A stretch of DNA of 64,000 nt from Treponemataceae bacterium. GTDB taxonomy: Bacteria > Spirochaetota > Spirochaetia > Treponematales > Rectinemataceae. The notes beneath the pieces were generated by a model. It searched no databases, was not told the DNA's origin, and saw only the letters and a list, made by a program, of their open reading frames with translations. The translations under genes and the position numbers were made by a program. The DNA is taken from the NCBI GenBank assembly GCA_963678065.2, contig CAXXVZ010000005.1, positions 416,001 to 480,000 of the forward strand. The letters are read 5' to 3'. Positions 19,720 to 30,287 of this stretch are shown piece after piece. Each line of letters begins with the position of its first letter. The stretch's first letter is position 1.

Positions 19720-22700
19720 GTGGAAAAATCGCCGCGTTTCCTCCTCCTCGAAAAGCTGCTGGCGGAGCGCATCCTCATCCTGGACGGAGCGATGGGGACC
19801 ATGATCCAGGGCTACGGTCTCTCCGAATCAGACTTCCGGGGAGAGGAATTCGCGTCGCACCCTTCGCCGCTGGCCGGAAACAACGATCTTCTGAACCTGA
19901 CGAGGCCCGACATCATACGCACGATCCACGCGGCCTACCTCGAGGCGGGCGCCGACATCGTCGAGACGAATACTTTCAACGCGAACGCGATCAGTCAGGC
20001 CGACTACGGCCTGTCAGGACGCGCGGGAGAAATCGCGCGCGCGGGTGCGCGGCTGGCCAGGGCAGAGTGCGACGCGGCCGAGGCGGCCGAACCTTCCCGC
20101 CCCCGCTTCGTCGCCGGTTCCATCGGCCCGACGAACAAGACTCTCTCCATGTCTCCCGATGTCGGTGATCCGGGATACAGGGCCATCTCCTTCGATGAAT
20201 TGGCCGCCGCGTACGGGGAATCGGTGCGCGGACTCGTCGATGGCGGAGCCGACATTCTCCTCGTCGAGACTGTCTTCGACACGCTGAACGCCAAGGCCGC
20301 GCTCTGGGCCATCAGCTCGGTTTTCGAAGAAAGGGGTACGGAGCTGCCTGTCATGATCTCCGGCACGATCACCGACGCGGCGGGAAGGACACTCTCGGGG
20401 CAGACCGCCCTCGCCTTCTGGCACTCGCTGCGCCACGCGAGGCCGATTTCGATCGGCTTCAACTGCTCCCTCGGGGCGAAGGACCTCATCCGGCACGCGG
20501 AGGAAGTGGGGCGGGTCGCGGATTGCGCCCTCAGCCTACACCCGAACGCGGGCATGCCCAACGAGTTCGGGCAGTACGACGATACGCCGGAGAATATGGC
20601 GAAGGTGCTCGGAGCCTTCGCTTTGAAGTCTGGCGTCAACATCGTCGGCGGCTGCTGCGGCACCAGGCCTGAACACATCCGCGCCATCGCCGCGGCTCTC
20701 GCGGGCCTCGAGCCGAGAAAAATTCCGCCGCGCACGGCGGCACAAACCTGCCTCGCCGGCCTCGAAGCTCTCGTGATCACGAAGGACAGCCTCTTCGTCA
20801 ACGTGGGAGAGCGCGCAAACGTGGCCGGCTCGCGGAAGTTCGCCCGCCTGATCCGGGACGGAAAGTACGCCCAGGCTCTGGAGATCGCCCGCGCCCAGGT
20901 CGAGGCCGGAGCCCAGGCCATCGACGTGAACATGGACGAGGCCCTCATCGACTCGGAGCGGGAGATGGGGCGCTTCCTCGACCTCGTCGCCTCGGAGCCC
21001 GACATCGCGCGGGTCCCGGTCATGATCGACTCGTCGAAGTGGGAGACCATCGTGACGGGCCTGAAACGTCTCCAGGGGAAGGGACTCGTCAACTCGATCA
21101 GCCTGAAGGAGGGCGAGGCCGAGTTCCTCAGACAGGCCGGGATCGTCAGGAGGCTCGGGGCCGCCGCCGTCGTCATGGCCTTCGACGAGAGGGGCCAGGC
21201 CGACAGCCTGGAGCGCAAAGTCGCGATCTGCTCCCGCGCCTACCGGCTTCTCGTGGAAAAAGCGGATTTCGCGCCCGAAGACATCATCCTCGATCCGAAT
21301 ATCTTCGCCATCGGAACGGGGATCGACGAGCACAGGAACTACGCCCTCGACTACATGGAAGCGGCGTCCTGGATCAAGAAAAACCTTCCCGGCGCCCTCG
21401 TTTCCGGCGGTGTCTCCAATGTCTCCTTCTCGTTCCGGGGCAACGAGCGGCTCCGCTCGGCGATCCACGCGGTATTCCTGTACCACGCGAAGAAGGCCGG
21501 GATGGACATCGGGATCGTCAACCCCGAACAGCTCGTCCCCTACGAGGAAATTCCTTCCGAAGCGCGGGAGCGGATCGAGGATCTCGTGCTCAACCGGCGC
21601 CCCGACGCCACGGAGCGCCTCGTCGAAATCGCCGGAACTTTTTCCGGGAACCAGGCGGAGGGCGACGGGGACCCCGCCTGGCGCCAGCTCCCCGTCAGGG
21701 ATCGCATCGCTCATTCTCTCGTCAAGGGACTCTCCCTCCACATCGCGCGCGATATCGAGGAAATCCGCCCGAGCCTTTCGCGCGCGATCGACGTGATCGA
21801 AGGCCCCCTCATGGAGGGGATGAACCTCGTCGGAAAGCTCTTCGGAGAGGGGAAGATGTTCCTTCCCCAGGTGGTCAAGAGCGCCCGCGTCATGAAAGAG
21901 GCTGTGGCGACGCTTTTGCCCTACATCGAGGCGGAGAAAGCCGAGGGCGGCTCGAGCCGGGGGCGCATGGTCATCGCTACCGTGAAGGGCGACGTCCACG
22001 ATATCGGAAAGAACATCGTTTCGGTCATCCTTTCCTGCAACAACTACGAGGTGATCGACCTCGGTGTCATGGTGAGCGCCGAGACGATTCTCGACACGGC
22101 CGCGGCCCACAATGCCGACCTGATCGGGCTCTCCGGCCTCATCACTCCCTCGCTCGAGGAGATGACACGGGTTGCGGCGATGATGGAGGAGCGCGGAATG
22201 ACGATTCCCCTCCTCATAGGCGGCGCGACGACCAATCCCATGCACACATCCACGCGGATCGCCCCCGAGTACTCCGGCCCCGTCGTCCATGTCGGAGACG
22301 CGTCGCTCGCCCCGGGCGTGATGGAGAAGCTCCTGAACCCCGGCCGGCCAGGATCGGGGCGGACAGGAACCGGGGCTGGGCAGGCAGAGGGGCAAAGCTA
22401 CCTGGACGAACTCGCGGCCATGCACGAGAGGAACCGCGAGATCCAGCGAAAAAAGCGCGAGACGACAGTCTATGTCGGCCTGCCGGAGGCGAGGCGGCTC
22501 GCGTTCCGCCCCGAGACCAGCGAGTACCGCCCCGAGGCTCCGGCGTATCCCGGCCCTGAAACCGTAGGGTATGGCATTCCGGAACTCATTCCGTACATCG
22601 ACTGGAGCTACTTCTTCCTCGCCTGGGAGATGAAGGGCAGATATCCGGCGATCCTCGACGATCCCTCGTCGGGCCATGAGGCCCGGAAGCTGCTCGTTGA

Positions 22701-23448
22701 CGCGAAATTCATGCTCGCCCGCGCCGAAAAGGAAAGCCTTCTCGGCATCGCGGGAGCCTACGGCGTTTTCCCCGCCGCGCGCGAGGACGACGACATACTG
22801 ATTTATTCCGATGAAAACAGGCGGGCCATCCGCGCCAGGCTGCCCTGCCTCCGCCAGCAGAGGAAAAAGGAAGACGGAGGATACCTCTGCCTGGCCGATT
22901 ACCTCCAGGATGCCGCGAAAGGCGCGCCGGACTGGATCGGAGCCTTCGCGGTCACGGCGGGGACGGGCCTGCGCGAACATGCGGGGCGGTTTTCCGGATC
23001 CGGCGATGAGTACAGCGCCATACTTCTCAAAATCCTCGCGGACAGGCTCGCGGAGGCGGCGGCCGAAAAGCTCCACGAGGAAGTCAGGAAGTGGCGTTGG
23101 GGCTACGCCAGCGACGAAAACCTGGAAACCGGCGCGCTCATCAAAGGAGCATACCGGGGGATCCGTCCCGCCCCAGGTTATCCGCCCTGCCCCGATCATC
23201 GGGAAAAACGCGCGATTTTCGAGCTGCTCGGGGCCCGCGAACGGACTGGCATCGAGCTCACCGAGTCCTGCATGATGAGCCCCGCCGCATCGGTCTCGGG
23301 CTGGTATTTCAGCCACCCCGAGTCGAAGTATTTCGCCGTCGGAAGGATCGGCCGGGATCAGGCTGCGGATTTCGCCTCGCGGCGCCGCGAGGATCAGACC
23401 GAGACCGAGCGCTGGCTCCGGAACGAGCTCAATTACGGGCTGGAGTGA
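19720..23448 (+). CDS. metH: Cobalamin-dependent methionine synthase
   Basis: [15 protein letters not shown], pterin domain [10 protein letters not shown]12 motif DVHDIG..GLSGL..GG, activation domain RPAPGYP. Confidence 0.97.
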   Translation: MEKSPRFLLLEKLLAERILILDGAMGTMIQGYGLSESDFRGEEFASHPSPLAGNNDLLNLTRPDIIRTIHAAYLEAGADIVETNTFNANAISQADYGLSGRAGEIARAGARLARAECDAAEAAEPSRPRFVAGSIGPTNKTLSMSPDVGDPGYRAISFDELAAAYGESVRGLVDGGADILLVETVFDTLNAKAALWAISSVFEERGTELPVMISGTITDAAGRTLSGQTALAFWHSLRHARPISIGFNCSLGAKDLIRHAEEVGRVADCALSLHPNAGMPNEFGQYDDTPENMAKVLGAFALKSGVNIVGGCCGTRPEHIRAIAAALAGLEPRKIPPRTAAQTCLAGLEALVITKDSLFVNVGERANVAGSRKFARLIRDGKYAQALEIARAQVEAGAQAIDVNMDEALIDSEREMGRFLDLVASEPDIARVPVMIDSSKWETIVTGLKRLQGKGLVNSISLKEGEAEFLRQAGIVRRLGAAAVVMAFDERGQADSLERKVAICSRAYRLLVEKADFAPEDIILDPNIFAIGTGIDEHRNYALDYMEAASWIKKNLPGALVSGGVSNVSFSFRGNERLRSAIHAVFLYHAKKAGMDIGIVNPEQLVPYEEIPSEARERIEDLVLNRRPDATERLVEIAGTFSGNQAEGDGDPAWRQLPVRDRIAHSLVKGLSLHIARDIEEIRPSLSRAIDVIEGPLMEGMNLVGKLFGEGKMFLPQVVKSARVMKEAVATLLPYIEAEKAEGGSSRGRMVIATVKGDVHDIGKNIVSVILSCNNYEVIDLGVMVSAETILDTAAAHNADLIGLSGLITPSLEEMTRVAAMMEERGMTIPLLIGGATTNPMHTSTRIAPEYSGPVVHVGDASLAPGVMEKLLNPGRPGSGRTGTGAGQAEGQSYLDELAAMHERNREIQRKKRETTVYVGLPEARRLAFRPETSEYRPEAPAYPGPETVGYGIPELIPYIDWSYFFLAWEMKGRYPAILDDPSSGHEARKLLVDAKFMLARAEKESLLGIAGAYGVFPAAREDDDILIYSDENRRAIRARLPCLRQQRKKEDGGYLCLADYLQDAAKGAPDWIGAFAVTAGTGLREHAGRFSGSGDEYSAILLKILADRLAEAAAEKLHEEVRKWRWGYASDENLETGALIKGAYRGIRPAPGYPPCPDHREKRAIFELLGARERTGIELTESCMMSPAASVSGWYFSHPESKYFAVGRIGRDQAADFASRRREDQTETERWLRNELNYGLE

Positions 23449-23549
23449 GGCTTTGCGCGGCTCACCGCCCGACTGGCTTCGCGGCCGGACTGGCGGGCCC
23501 GATGTACTGACTTGTTAATGGATTCTCCTTATTCTATTATCGGTGAACT

Positions 23550-25727
23550 GTGATTCCCGAAAGCCGAGTCGGTATACGGCCTGAACTTGACAGGCTGTAC
23601 GACGAATCCTATGGACTCCTCGGAACGGATCCCCGCAAGGCGGTGTCCGTGGCGGACGAGCTTTTCAGCAAGTCCGCCGCCGCGGGTTACGCGAGGGGCA
23701 TGGCTTTGTCCCGATACACTGCCGGGTTCGCGCATTTCAACCTGGGCGACTATTCCCGCGCCATCGAGATATACACCGAAGGCGATTCCATCGCGTCCGC
23801 CTCCGGGCTCGAGGATGTCGCCATCAAGTTCCGGAATGGGTTCGGAGTTGTCTATTTTCACCTTGGCCGCCTCAAGGATTCGATCGAACAGTACAAGGCG
23901 GGACTCGAATCGGCCAGGCGGCTCGGGCTGAAACGCGATCTCGGCAACCTGCTCATCAATCTGAGCATCAATTATCTGAAGGTCGGGAATGTTCCTCAGG
24001 CCCTCGAACTGCTCGATGAAGCGAGGATCATCGCCAAATCGTACAAATCTGATTTATTTACACTATATACATACTTCAATTACGCCGAGGCACTTCAGCG
24101 TGCCGGAAAAACGGCAGAGGCCGAGGTGGCATTCTCTCTCTGCCTCGATCTCGCCGTCAAAAACGGCAGATCGATAAACCAGGTCGAGACTCTCGTCAGG
24201 CTGGGAGCGATCAGAGCCTCCCGGGGCGACGAAGCGAAAGGCCTCGCGATGATCGGCGAGGCCCTTGCCATCGGAGAGAAGGCCGGATATCTGCGCGAGA
24301 CTGTCGAAGCCTTGCTGGCCGCCGCGGCGATCAAGAGCAGACTCGGGCAGGCGGAAAGGGCGCAAAGGCTCTCGGCCAGAGCGGTGGAGATAGCCGAATC
24401 CCGCTCGATCATTTCCCTCCTGCCCGAAGCCCTGGAGTCGCGCGCCGCCGCGGAGAGCGCATCGGGTCGCCACGAAGAAGCGTACAAGTCGATTCTGCGA
24501 TCGGCGGAGGTCAGACGGACGCAGCAGGCGGTCGAGAGCAGCCGACTCATGGCCGAGCTGGAAACCGTCTATCGACTCGAAGCGGTGAAGAAGGAAGCCC
24601 AGCTCGAACGACAGCAGCGCGAAAGCTTCCAGTCGGCGAACGAGAGGCTCGCCCTCGTCACGCGCATCGGCAAAAGTCTCGCCGCCAGCCTGAAACCGAT
24701 CGAAATACTGACACGCCTCTGGGAAGGGCTTTCCCCTGCGGTCGATATGAGCGCACTCGGCCTCGGAATACTCGCTTCCGATTCGCGCGTCATCGAATTC
24801 TCGTCGTGGATCGAGAATGGCAGCTATGTCGCGCCGGGCGCGATACCGATCGGAAACGAAGCGAGTTTCGCGGCGCGCTGCGTACGCGAGGGAAAGCTGC
24901 TCTATTTCCGCGCCGCCTCCGAATGGGAAGCGGCTCTGAACGGCAAAGTGCCATTCCGTCTCAGAGAGTACGGGAACCCGGAATCCCTGCTCTATCTGCC
25001 GCTCGCCAGGGATGACAAGGTGATGGGGGTCATGAGTCTCCAGAGCCAGAAGCGCGATGCGTACCCGCCCGACGAGATCGAGATGATCGCCGCAATTTCC
25101 GCCTTCGCGTGCATCGCGGCGGACAATTCGGTCATTCTCGCGAAGCTCGACGCGATCAACCGCGTAGTCCAGGACGAAAAAGAAGCCATCGAGAAGGTCG
25201 CCCTCCACAATTCATGGAAGGCCGAACACGACACGCTCACCGGCCTGCCCAACAGGGTCCTCCTCGACAAGATGCTCGAAGGATTATCCACCTCCCACGC
25301 CGAAGAGAGTCTCATCGGGATAATCTATCTCGACCTCGACGGCTTCAAGGATGTGAATGACCGCTATGGCCACGATGCAGGGGACAGAACCCTGATCCAG
25401 GTTGCCGAAAGACTGAAGGCGGTGCTCAGGTCGGGCGACCACATCGCCCGCATCGGCGGGGACGAGTTCGTCGTCGTCGCGCCGGGGATCAAATCCCGCC
25501 AGAACCTGCCGCGGATCATGGAAAAACTCGCTGAAGGTTTTTCCGAACCCATAAGACTGGATGAAGGCGACATGGATATACGGTTTTCGGCAGGCGTCGC
25601 CTTGTTCCCGCTTGACGGGCGCGAATTCAAGGATCTCATCCGCTACGCCGACGAAGCGATGTATCGGGTGAAACGGGGCTCGAAGAACGGCTGGAGTTTC
25701 TGGTCGGATTCCGACTGCGCGGAATGA
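23550..25727 (+). CDS. TPR-GAF-GGDEF diguanylate cyclase
   Basis: N-terminal TPR helices, GAF (PL..GVMSLQS), DLDGFK.VND.YGH, RSGD I-site and intact GGDEF. Confidence 0.93.
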   Translation: MIPESRVGIRPELDRLYDESYGLLGTDPRKAVSVADELFSKSAAAGYARGMALSRYTAGFAHFNLGDYSRAIEIYTEGDSIASASGLEDVAIKFRNGFGVVYFHLGRLKDSIEQYKAGLESARRLGLKRDLGNLLINLSINYLKVGNVPQALELLDEARIIAKSYKSDLFTLYTYFNYAEALQRAGKTAEAEVAFSLCLDLAVKNGRSINQVETLVRLGAIRASRGDEAKGLAMIGEALAIGEKAGYLRETVEALLAAAAIKSRLGQAERAQRLSARAVEIAESRSIISLLPEALESRAAAESASGRHEEAYKSILRSAEVRRTQQAVESSRLMAELETVYRLEAVKKEAQLERQQRESFQSANERLALVTRIGKSLAASLKPIEILTRLWEGLSPAVDMSALGLGILASDSRVIEFSSWIENGSYVAPGAIPIGNEASFAARCVREGKLLYFRAASEWEAALNGKVPFRLREYGNPESLLYLPLARDDKVMGVMSLQSQKRDAYPPDEIEMIAAISAFACIAADNSVILAKLDAINRVVQDEKEAIEKVALHNSWKAEHDTLTGLPNRVLLDKMLEGLSTSHAEESLIGIIYLDLDGFKDVNDRYGHDAGDRTLIQVAERLKAVLRSGDHIARIGGDEFVVVAPGIKSRQNLPRIMEKLAEGFSEPIRLDEGDMDIRFSAGVALFPLDGREFKDLIRYADEAMYRVKRGSKNGWSFWSDSDCAE

Positions 25728-25837
25728 ACGAGCCCCGCAGCAGCTTCGAGGTGTGGACCCGCATGCGAATCGAAGTGACTCGCCGAAGATACTCGAGCCG
25801 ATACATCGCGCAGATGCGGCGTTGACAGGGGGTTTTC

Positions 25838-26611
25838 ATGTCCATCGCTGTTTTGATCGCGCTGCAGGCGGAGGCGACTGCGATACTCGCCGATGCCCGC
25901 TTCGGGTGGACGAGGGGCGCGGATGACGTCTACCGCTCCACGACGACGGGCGAGCAGGTGAGCCTCGTTCTCACCGGGGTCGGCAAGGTGAACGCGACCT
26001 GGGGTCTCGCCCGCGCCTATTTCAGCCCTGCCGGCGGCCCCACCGCCGAGGGCGGGCGGAGCGACGGAAGGCCACGCGACGCAAAGCCCGGGAACGGTAT
26101 CTTCCCCCGACTCGTCCTCTCGCTCGGCACCTCGGGAGCCCTCGACGCGACTCCGGTCGGAACGATGGTCCTCTGCGATGAATTCGTCGAGCACGACATG
26201 GATGTGACAGTCTTCGGATACCCGGCCGGTGTGACTCCAAGATCGCTCTCCCCCGACCCCGTCTACCGTCCCGCCGACCCCACGGAGGTCTCGGAAATCA
26301 GAGTCAGACTGAGCGAGGCGGGAATCCCGACGATCCCCGGGCGGGAACTCTCGGGCGACCTGTTCTTGGGCGACGCGGTTCTGGCCGAACAGAAACGCGC
26401 TCTCTTCGGCGGAGGGGGAGCTGTCCTCATCGACATGGAGTGCGCGGCCGCCGCGAAAATCTGCGCCACCGCGATCAAGACACCCTATCTGGCCCTCAGG
26501 TATGTGAGCGACAACGCCGATCACAAGGCCGGGACGAGCTGGGACGCGGAAGTCGGGAAAGCCGCGGTTCTTTTTGACAAAATCCTGAATATTCTGGTCT
26601 TCAACCCTTAG
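25838..26611 (+). CDS. mtnN: 5'-methylthioadenosine/S-adenosylhomocysteine nucleosidase
   Basis: GVGKVNA, GTSGAL, HDMD, SGDLF, DMECAA and RYVSDNAD. Confidence 0.88.
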   Translation: MSIAVLIALQAEATAILADARFGWTRGADDVYRSTTTGEQVSLVLTGVGKVNATWGLARAYFSPAGGPTAEGGRSDGRPRDAKPGNGIFPRLVLSLGTSGALDATPVGTMVLCDEFVEHDMDVTVFGYPAGVTPRSLSPDPVYRPADPTEVSEIRVRLSEAGIPTIPGRELSGDLFLGDAVLAEQKRALFGGGGAVLIDMECAAAAKICATAIKTPYLALRYVSDNADHKAGTSWDAEVGKAAVLFDKILNILVFNP

Positions 26612-26652
26612 ATCCGGGCCATCCAGTTCGGGCGGAAGCCCGGCAAGACCGG

Positions 26653-27105
26653 TCAGAGCGCCGCCAGGATCTCCTCGGCATGCCGGACGGGCTTCACCTT
26701 CGGGAAAATCTTCTTGATTTTCCCATCCGGCCCGACGATCACGGTGGAGCGGATGACGCCCTCGTACTTCCTTCCGTACATCGACTTCTCGCCCCAGGCT
26801 CCGTAGGCCGAAAGGACAGCGTGCTCAGGGTCCGCGAGGAGAATGAAGGGCAGTCTGTACTTCGACCTGAACTTCCCGTGGGCGGCAGTCTTGTCGGGGC
26901 TCAGGCCGATCACTACCGCGCCCTTCTCGAGGAAGCGGTCGAAGGCGTCGCGGAAGCCACAGGCTTCTTTTGTGCAGCCGGGGGTATCATCCCGGGGATA
27001 GAAATACAGGACAACAGTCTTGCCGGCAAAATCCGAGAGACTCACAGTCCCCTCCGAATCCGACTCGAGAGAAAAAGCGGGCGCGGGCATTCCTACTTCA
27101 AGCAT
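26653..27105 (-). CDS. bcp: Peroxiredoxin Bcp
   Basis: YFYPRDDTPGCTKEACGFRD. Confidence 0.95.
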   Translation of the reverse strand: MLEVGMPAPAFSLESDSEGTVSLSDFAGKTVVLYFYPRDDTPGCTKEACGFRDAFDRFLEKGAVVIGLSPDKTAAHGKFRSKYRLPFILLADPEHAVLSAYGAWGEKSMYGRKYEGVIRSTVIVGPDGKIKKIFPKVKPVRHAEEILAAL

Positions 27106-27161
27106 CGGGATCCTCCATCAGTGCCCTGTAAGGTACTGGTTTCGGAGGCGGTCGCACAGTT

Positions 27162-28304
27162 TCAGTACAGGACGCACCGCACCTTGTGCCCGCCGCCGAG
27201 ATCGCGCAGGGCAGGGATCTCCTTTTTGCACACATCCTTCGCGTAGGGACAGCGGGGGTGGAAGCGGCACCCGGAAGGCGGATCGATAAGGGAGGGAATC
27301 TCCCCCCGCGCCTCCAGCCTCGCCTTCGGGCCACCCCGGATCGCCCTGTCGCGCGGTTCGGGGGAGGCCGACTTCAGGAGCCGGACGTAGGGATGGAGGG
27401 CGCGAGAGATCACTTCGTCGGTCGGGCCCGTCTCCATGATCATTCCCGCGTACATCACCGCGATCCGCGGACACATGTACCGTGCTCCGGCCAGGTCATG
27501 CGTGATGTAGAGGTAGGAGACGGAAGCCTTCTCCTTCAGGTCGAGCATCATGTTCATGATGCCCATGCGGATCGACACGTCGAGCATCGACGTCGGCTCG
27601 TCTGCGAGGATGATCTCGGGTCCCACGGCGAAGGACCGCGCGATGTTGACCCGCTGGCGCTGACCGCCTGAGAGTTCATGGGGGAATCTGCGGAGAAATT
27701 CGCGCGGAGGGGTCAGGCCGACTTTCTCGAGTATGTTGCAGAGTTGGTCTTCGAGATTTGCCCCGGCCCCGGAGGCGCCAAAGCTTGCGGCGGCTCTGTC
27801 TCCGGCTGCGGACGGGACCGCATGCCTGCCGGCCAATCCATGGATCAGGAAGGGGCGCTCCAGGATCGATCTGATGGTGTGGGTCGGGTTGAGGCTGCCG
27901 AAGGGGTCCTGGAAGATCATCTGGACTTTTTTCTTGTAGGCGAGAGCTTCCCGGCGGGTCCGGAAGGTCGAGACCTCTCTGCCTCCGACCCGGACCGTCC
28001 CGGAACTGTGGGCGTAGAGCCTCGCGATGACGCTGGCGGTCGTCGTCTTGCCGGAACCCGATTCCCCCACGAGGGCCAGGGATTCTCCCCTGTCCAGGCT
28101 GAAAGAGACATCGTCCATGGCATGGACGACCTTCCCGAATTTTCCGAAGGACCTGATCGGGAAATGTTTGCAGACGCCGCCGAGTTCGAGAACCGTATCG
28201 GAGCGGGTGGGGACAGTGGCCTCGCCGGCCGCTCCCTCCTCCATCGATGGGACAGAGTCTGTCTGCCTGAGACCGGTCCGCTCGTTTTTCTGTTCGATGC
28301 TCAC
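27162..28304 (-). CDS. Oligopeptide/oligosaccharide ABC ATPase (OppF/DppF-like)
   Basis: GESGSGKT, LSGGQRQR, DEPTSMLD and C-terminal CRFHPRCP; GTGA overlap with the upstream gene. Confidence 0.92.
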   Translation of the reverse strand: MSIEQKNERTGLRQTDSVPSMEEGAAGEATVPTRSDTVLELGGVCKHFPIRSFGKFGKVVHAMDDVSFSLDRGESLALVGESGSGKTTTASVIARLYAHSSGTVRVGGREVSTFRTRREALAYKKKVQMIFQDPFGSLNPTHTIRSILERPFLIHGLAGRHAVPSAAGDRAAASFGASGAGANLEDQLCNILEKVGLTPPREFLRRFPHELSGGQRQRVNIARSFAVGPEIILADEPTSMLDVSIRMGIMNMMLDLKEKASVSYLYITHDLAGARYMCPRIAVMYAGMIMETGPTDEVISRALHPYVRLLKSASPEPRDRAIRGGPKARLEARGEIPSLIDPPSGCRFHPRCPYAKDVCKKEIPALRDLGGGHKVRCVLY

Positions 28305-29302
28305 AGGCCACCTCCGGGCAATCTGCAGGCGCAGCTCCGCCCGGGACCGAGGAGGGTCAGCGCGGGCTCCTCGCGGTCGCATCCCGCGAAAGCCATCGGG
28401 CAGCGCGGAGAGAAGCGGCAGCCCGGAGGAGGAGAGAGCAGGTCGGGCGCCCTCCCCTCGATCCCCCCCATCCGGGATATCGGGCCGGTCAGCGAGGGGA
28501 AGGAGTTCATGAGGCCGCGGGTATATGGGTGCTTCGGGTGCTCGAAGAGTTCCCACGCGGGGCCGTACTCGCAAATTTTCCCCGCGTACATGATGGCGAG
28601 CGAGTCCGATATCTCGACGAGGAGCGAGAGATCGTGCGTGATGAAGATCACGGAGAACCCGAGGGCTCTTCGCAGATCTTCGATCTTTTCGAGGATGGCG
28701 CGCTGGACGACGACGTCGAGAGCTGTCGTCGGCTCGTCCATGATGAGAAGGTCCGGTTTGAGGATGAGGGCCATCGCTATCATGACGCGCTGCTTCATGC
28801 CGCCGGAGAGCTGGTGCGGATAGCTCTTCATCCTGTCGGCATTGATGTCGACGAGTTTCAGCATCTCGACGGCCATCTCCCGCGCCTCGGCCTTCGGGAC
28901 GTTCCGGTGGGCATGCACGGCGTCCGTGAGCTGCTCGCCGACATCCAGAACCGGGTTCAAGGCGTTCATGGCCGACTGGAATACCATGGACATACCCGTC
29001 CAACGGTATTCCTTCATGGCCTCGGAGTCCAGACGGGCGATGTCGCGGCCCTTGTAAAGGATTTCGCCCGATTCGATCTTCGCGTTGTCGCGCAAGAGGC
29101 GCATGATCGCGTAGGCGAGCGTCGATTTCCCGCAGCCGGATTCGCCCGCGATGCCGAGAAATTCTCCGCGCCCGACGGAGAAGGACACGTCGTCCACGGC
29201 GCGGACAAAGCCCTTCATCGTGCCGTAGCCGGCCTTGAGAGAGCGCAGCTCGAGCGTGGGTACCGACGCGTCGACGACGTGGTCCGATTTATTGGTCGCC
29301 AT
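28301..29302 (-). CDS. ABC ATPase (OppD/DppD-like)
   Basis: GESGCGKS, LSGGMKQR and DEPTTALD. Confidence 0.93.
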   Translation of the reverse strand: MATNKSDHVVDASVPTLELRSLKAGYGTMKGFVRAVDDVSFSVGRGEFLGIAGESGCGKSTLAYAIMRLLRDNAKIESGEILYKGRDIARLDSEAMKEYRWTGMSMVFQSAMNALNPVLDVGEQLTDAVHAHRNVPKAEAREMAVEMLKLVDINADRMKSYPHQLSGGMKQRVMIAMALILKPDLLIMDEPTTALDVVVQRAILEKIEDLRRALGFSVIFITHDLSLLVEISDSLAIMYAGKICEYGPAWELFEHPKHPYTRGLMNSFPSLTGPISRMGGIEGRAPDLLSPPPGCRFSPRCPMAFAGCDREEPALTLLGPGRSCACRLPGGGL

Positions 29303-29309
29303 CTTGAGC

Positions 29310-30287
29310 CTACCTCTTCCTGAGCCGCGGGTTCGATATTTCGTCGATCCCGAAATTGATGAGGACGAAGGAAGTCCCGAGAAGGGCGATACAGAGGCCG
29401 GGCGGCAGGAACCACCACCAGGCGCCCGCGAGGAGGGCACCGTTGCCCTGGGCCCAGAAGAGGATCGTTCCCCAGCTGACGACGGCGACATTGCCGAGCC
29501 CGATGAACTCGAGGGTCGCCTCACCCATGATGGCCGCCATGCTGATGGCGAAGAACTCGGCCATCACGATCGAGATCATGTTCGGCAGAATTTCGCGGAA
29601 CACGACGTAGAGAGGGGATTCTCCGAGCGATCTGGAAACCCGCACGAAGTCCCGGCTCTTCAGGGTCAGAACCTGGGAGCGCAAGAGGCGCGTCGGCCAG
29701 GGCCAGCCTGTGAGCCCCAGGATGAGGACGATGGGCAGGACCCCCTTCATGGTCACGTAGGCCGCGATAACGATCATGAGGGGAAGTCCGGGAAGGACGA
29801 GGAAGACGTTGGTGAAGAAGGAAATCACGTCGTCGACGACTCCGCCGAGATAGCCGGACAGAAGCGCGAGGGTGAGGGAGACGAAGGTGACGAAGAGTCC
29901 TGTGGCGAGTCCGACTGAGAGCGAGATCCGCGTGCCCATGACGAGCTGGCTGAAGAGGTCGTTGCCGGCGTGGTTCGTGCCGAGAATGTGGGCGGCGCCC
30001 GGCTTTGCGCGGAGGGGGAAATACTGGACGCGCTTCGAGTACTCGCGCGTCGTCGTCACGCTGTAGGTGGACAGATCCTCGTCTTCAGACGGAGAGTCCT
30101 CGCTCAGTATCTCCTTGTCGCCCGTCGTTTCCTTCACGAGGGTCTCGGTGACCCGCCTGTCTATCTTAGGACCGTAGGGCGCGATGAGGGGAGCGAAGAG
30201 GGCGACGAGAATGAAGAAGCCCAGGATGCAGAGCCCCGTGAGCGATTTGCGGTTCGATACGAGGGTCTTAAAAAAATCCTTTATCAT
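29310..30287 (-). CDS. ABC permease (OppC/DppC-like)
   Basis: HILGTN..G.DL, transmembrane helices and WWWFLPPG. Confidence 0.92.
   Translation of the reverse strand: MIKDFFKTLVSNRKSLTGLCILGFFILVALFAPLIAPYGPKIDRRVTETLVKETTGDKEILSEDSPSEDEDLSTYSVTTTREYSKRVQYFPLRAKPGAAHILGTNHAGNDLFSQLVMGTRISLSVGLATGLFVTFVSLTLALLSGYLGGVVDDVISFFTNVFLVLPGLPLMIVIAAYVTMKGVLPIVLILGLTGWPWPTRLLRSQVLTLKSRDFVRVSRSLGESPLYVVFREILPNMISIVMAEFFAISMAAIMGEATLEFIGLGNVAVVSWGTILFWAQGNGALLAGAWWWFLPPGLCIALLGTSFVLINFGIDEISNPRLRKR

Noticed and set aside
20536..23316. Very long antisense or alternate-frame ORFs (926 aa opposite metH; also 33336-35408, 13379-14926, 42037-43596, 50039-52264)
   Set aside because: Expected shadows of GC-rich, strongly codon-biased genes. 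They have no recognisable motifs, and the opposite or overlapping frame encodes a clear conserved protein.
25724..25825. 33-codon ORF (MNEPRSSFEVW..) overlapping the DGC stop (ATGA)
   Set aside because: No SD, no recognisable homology and an Arg-rich composition typical of chance ORFs.
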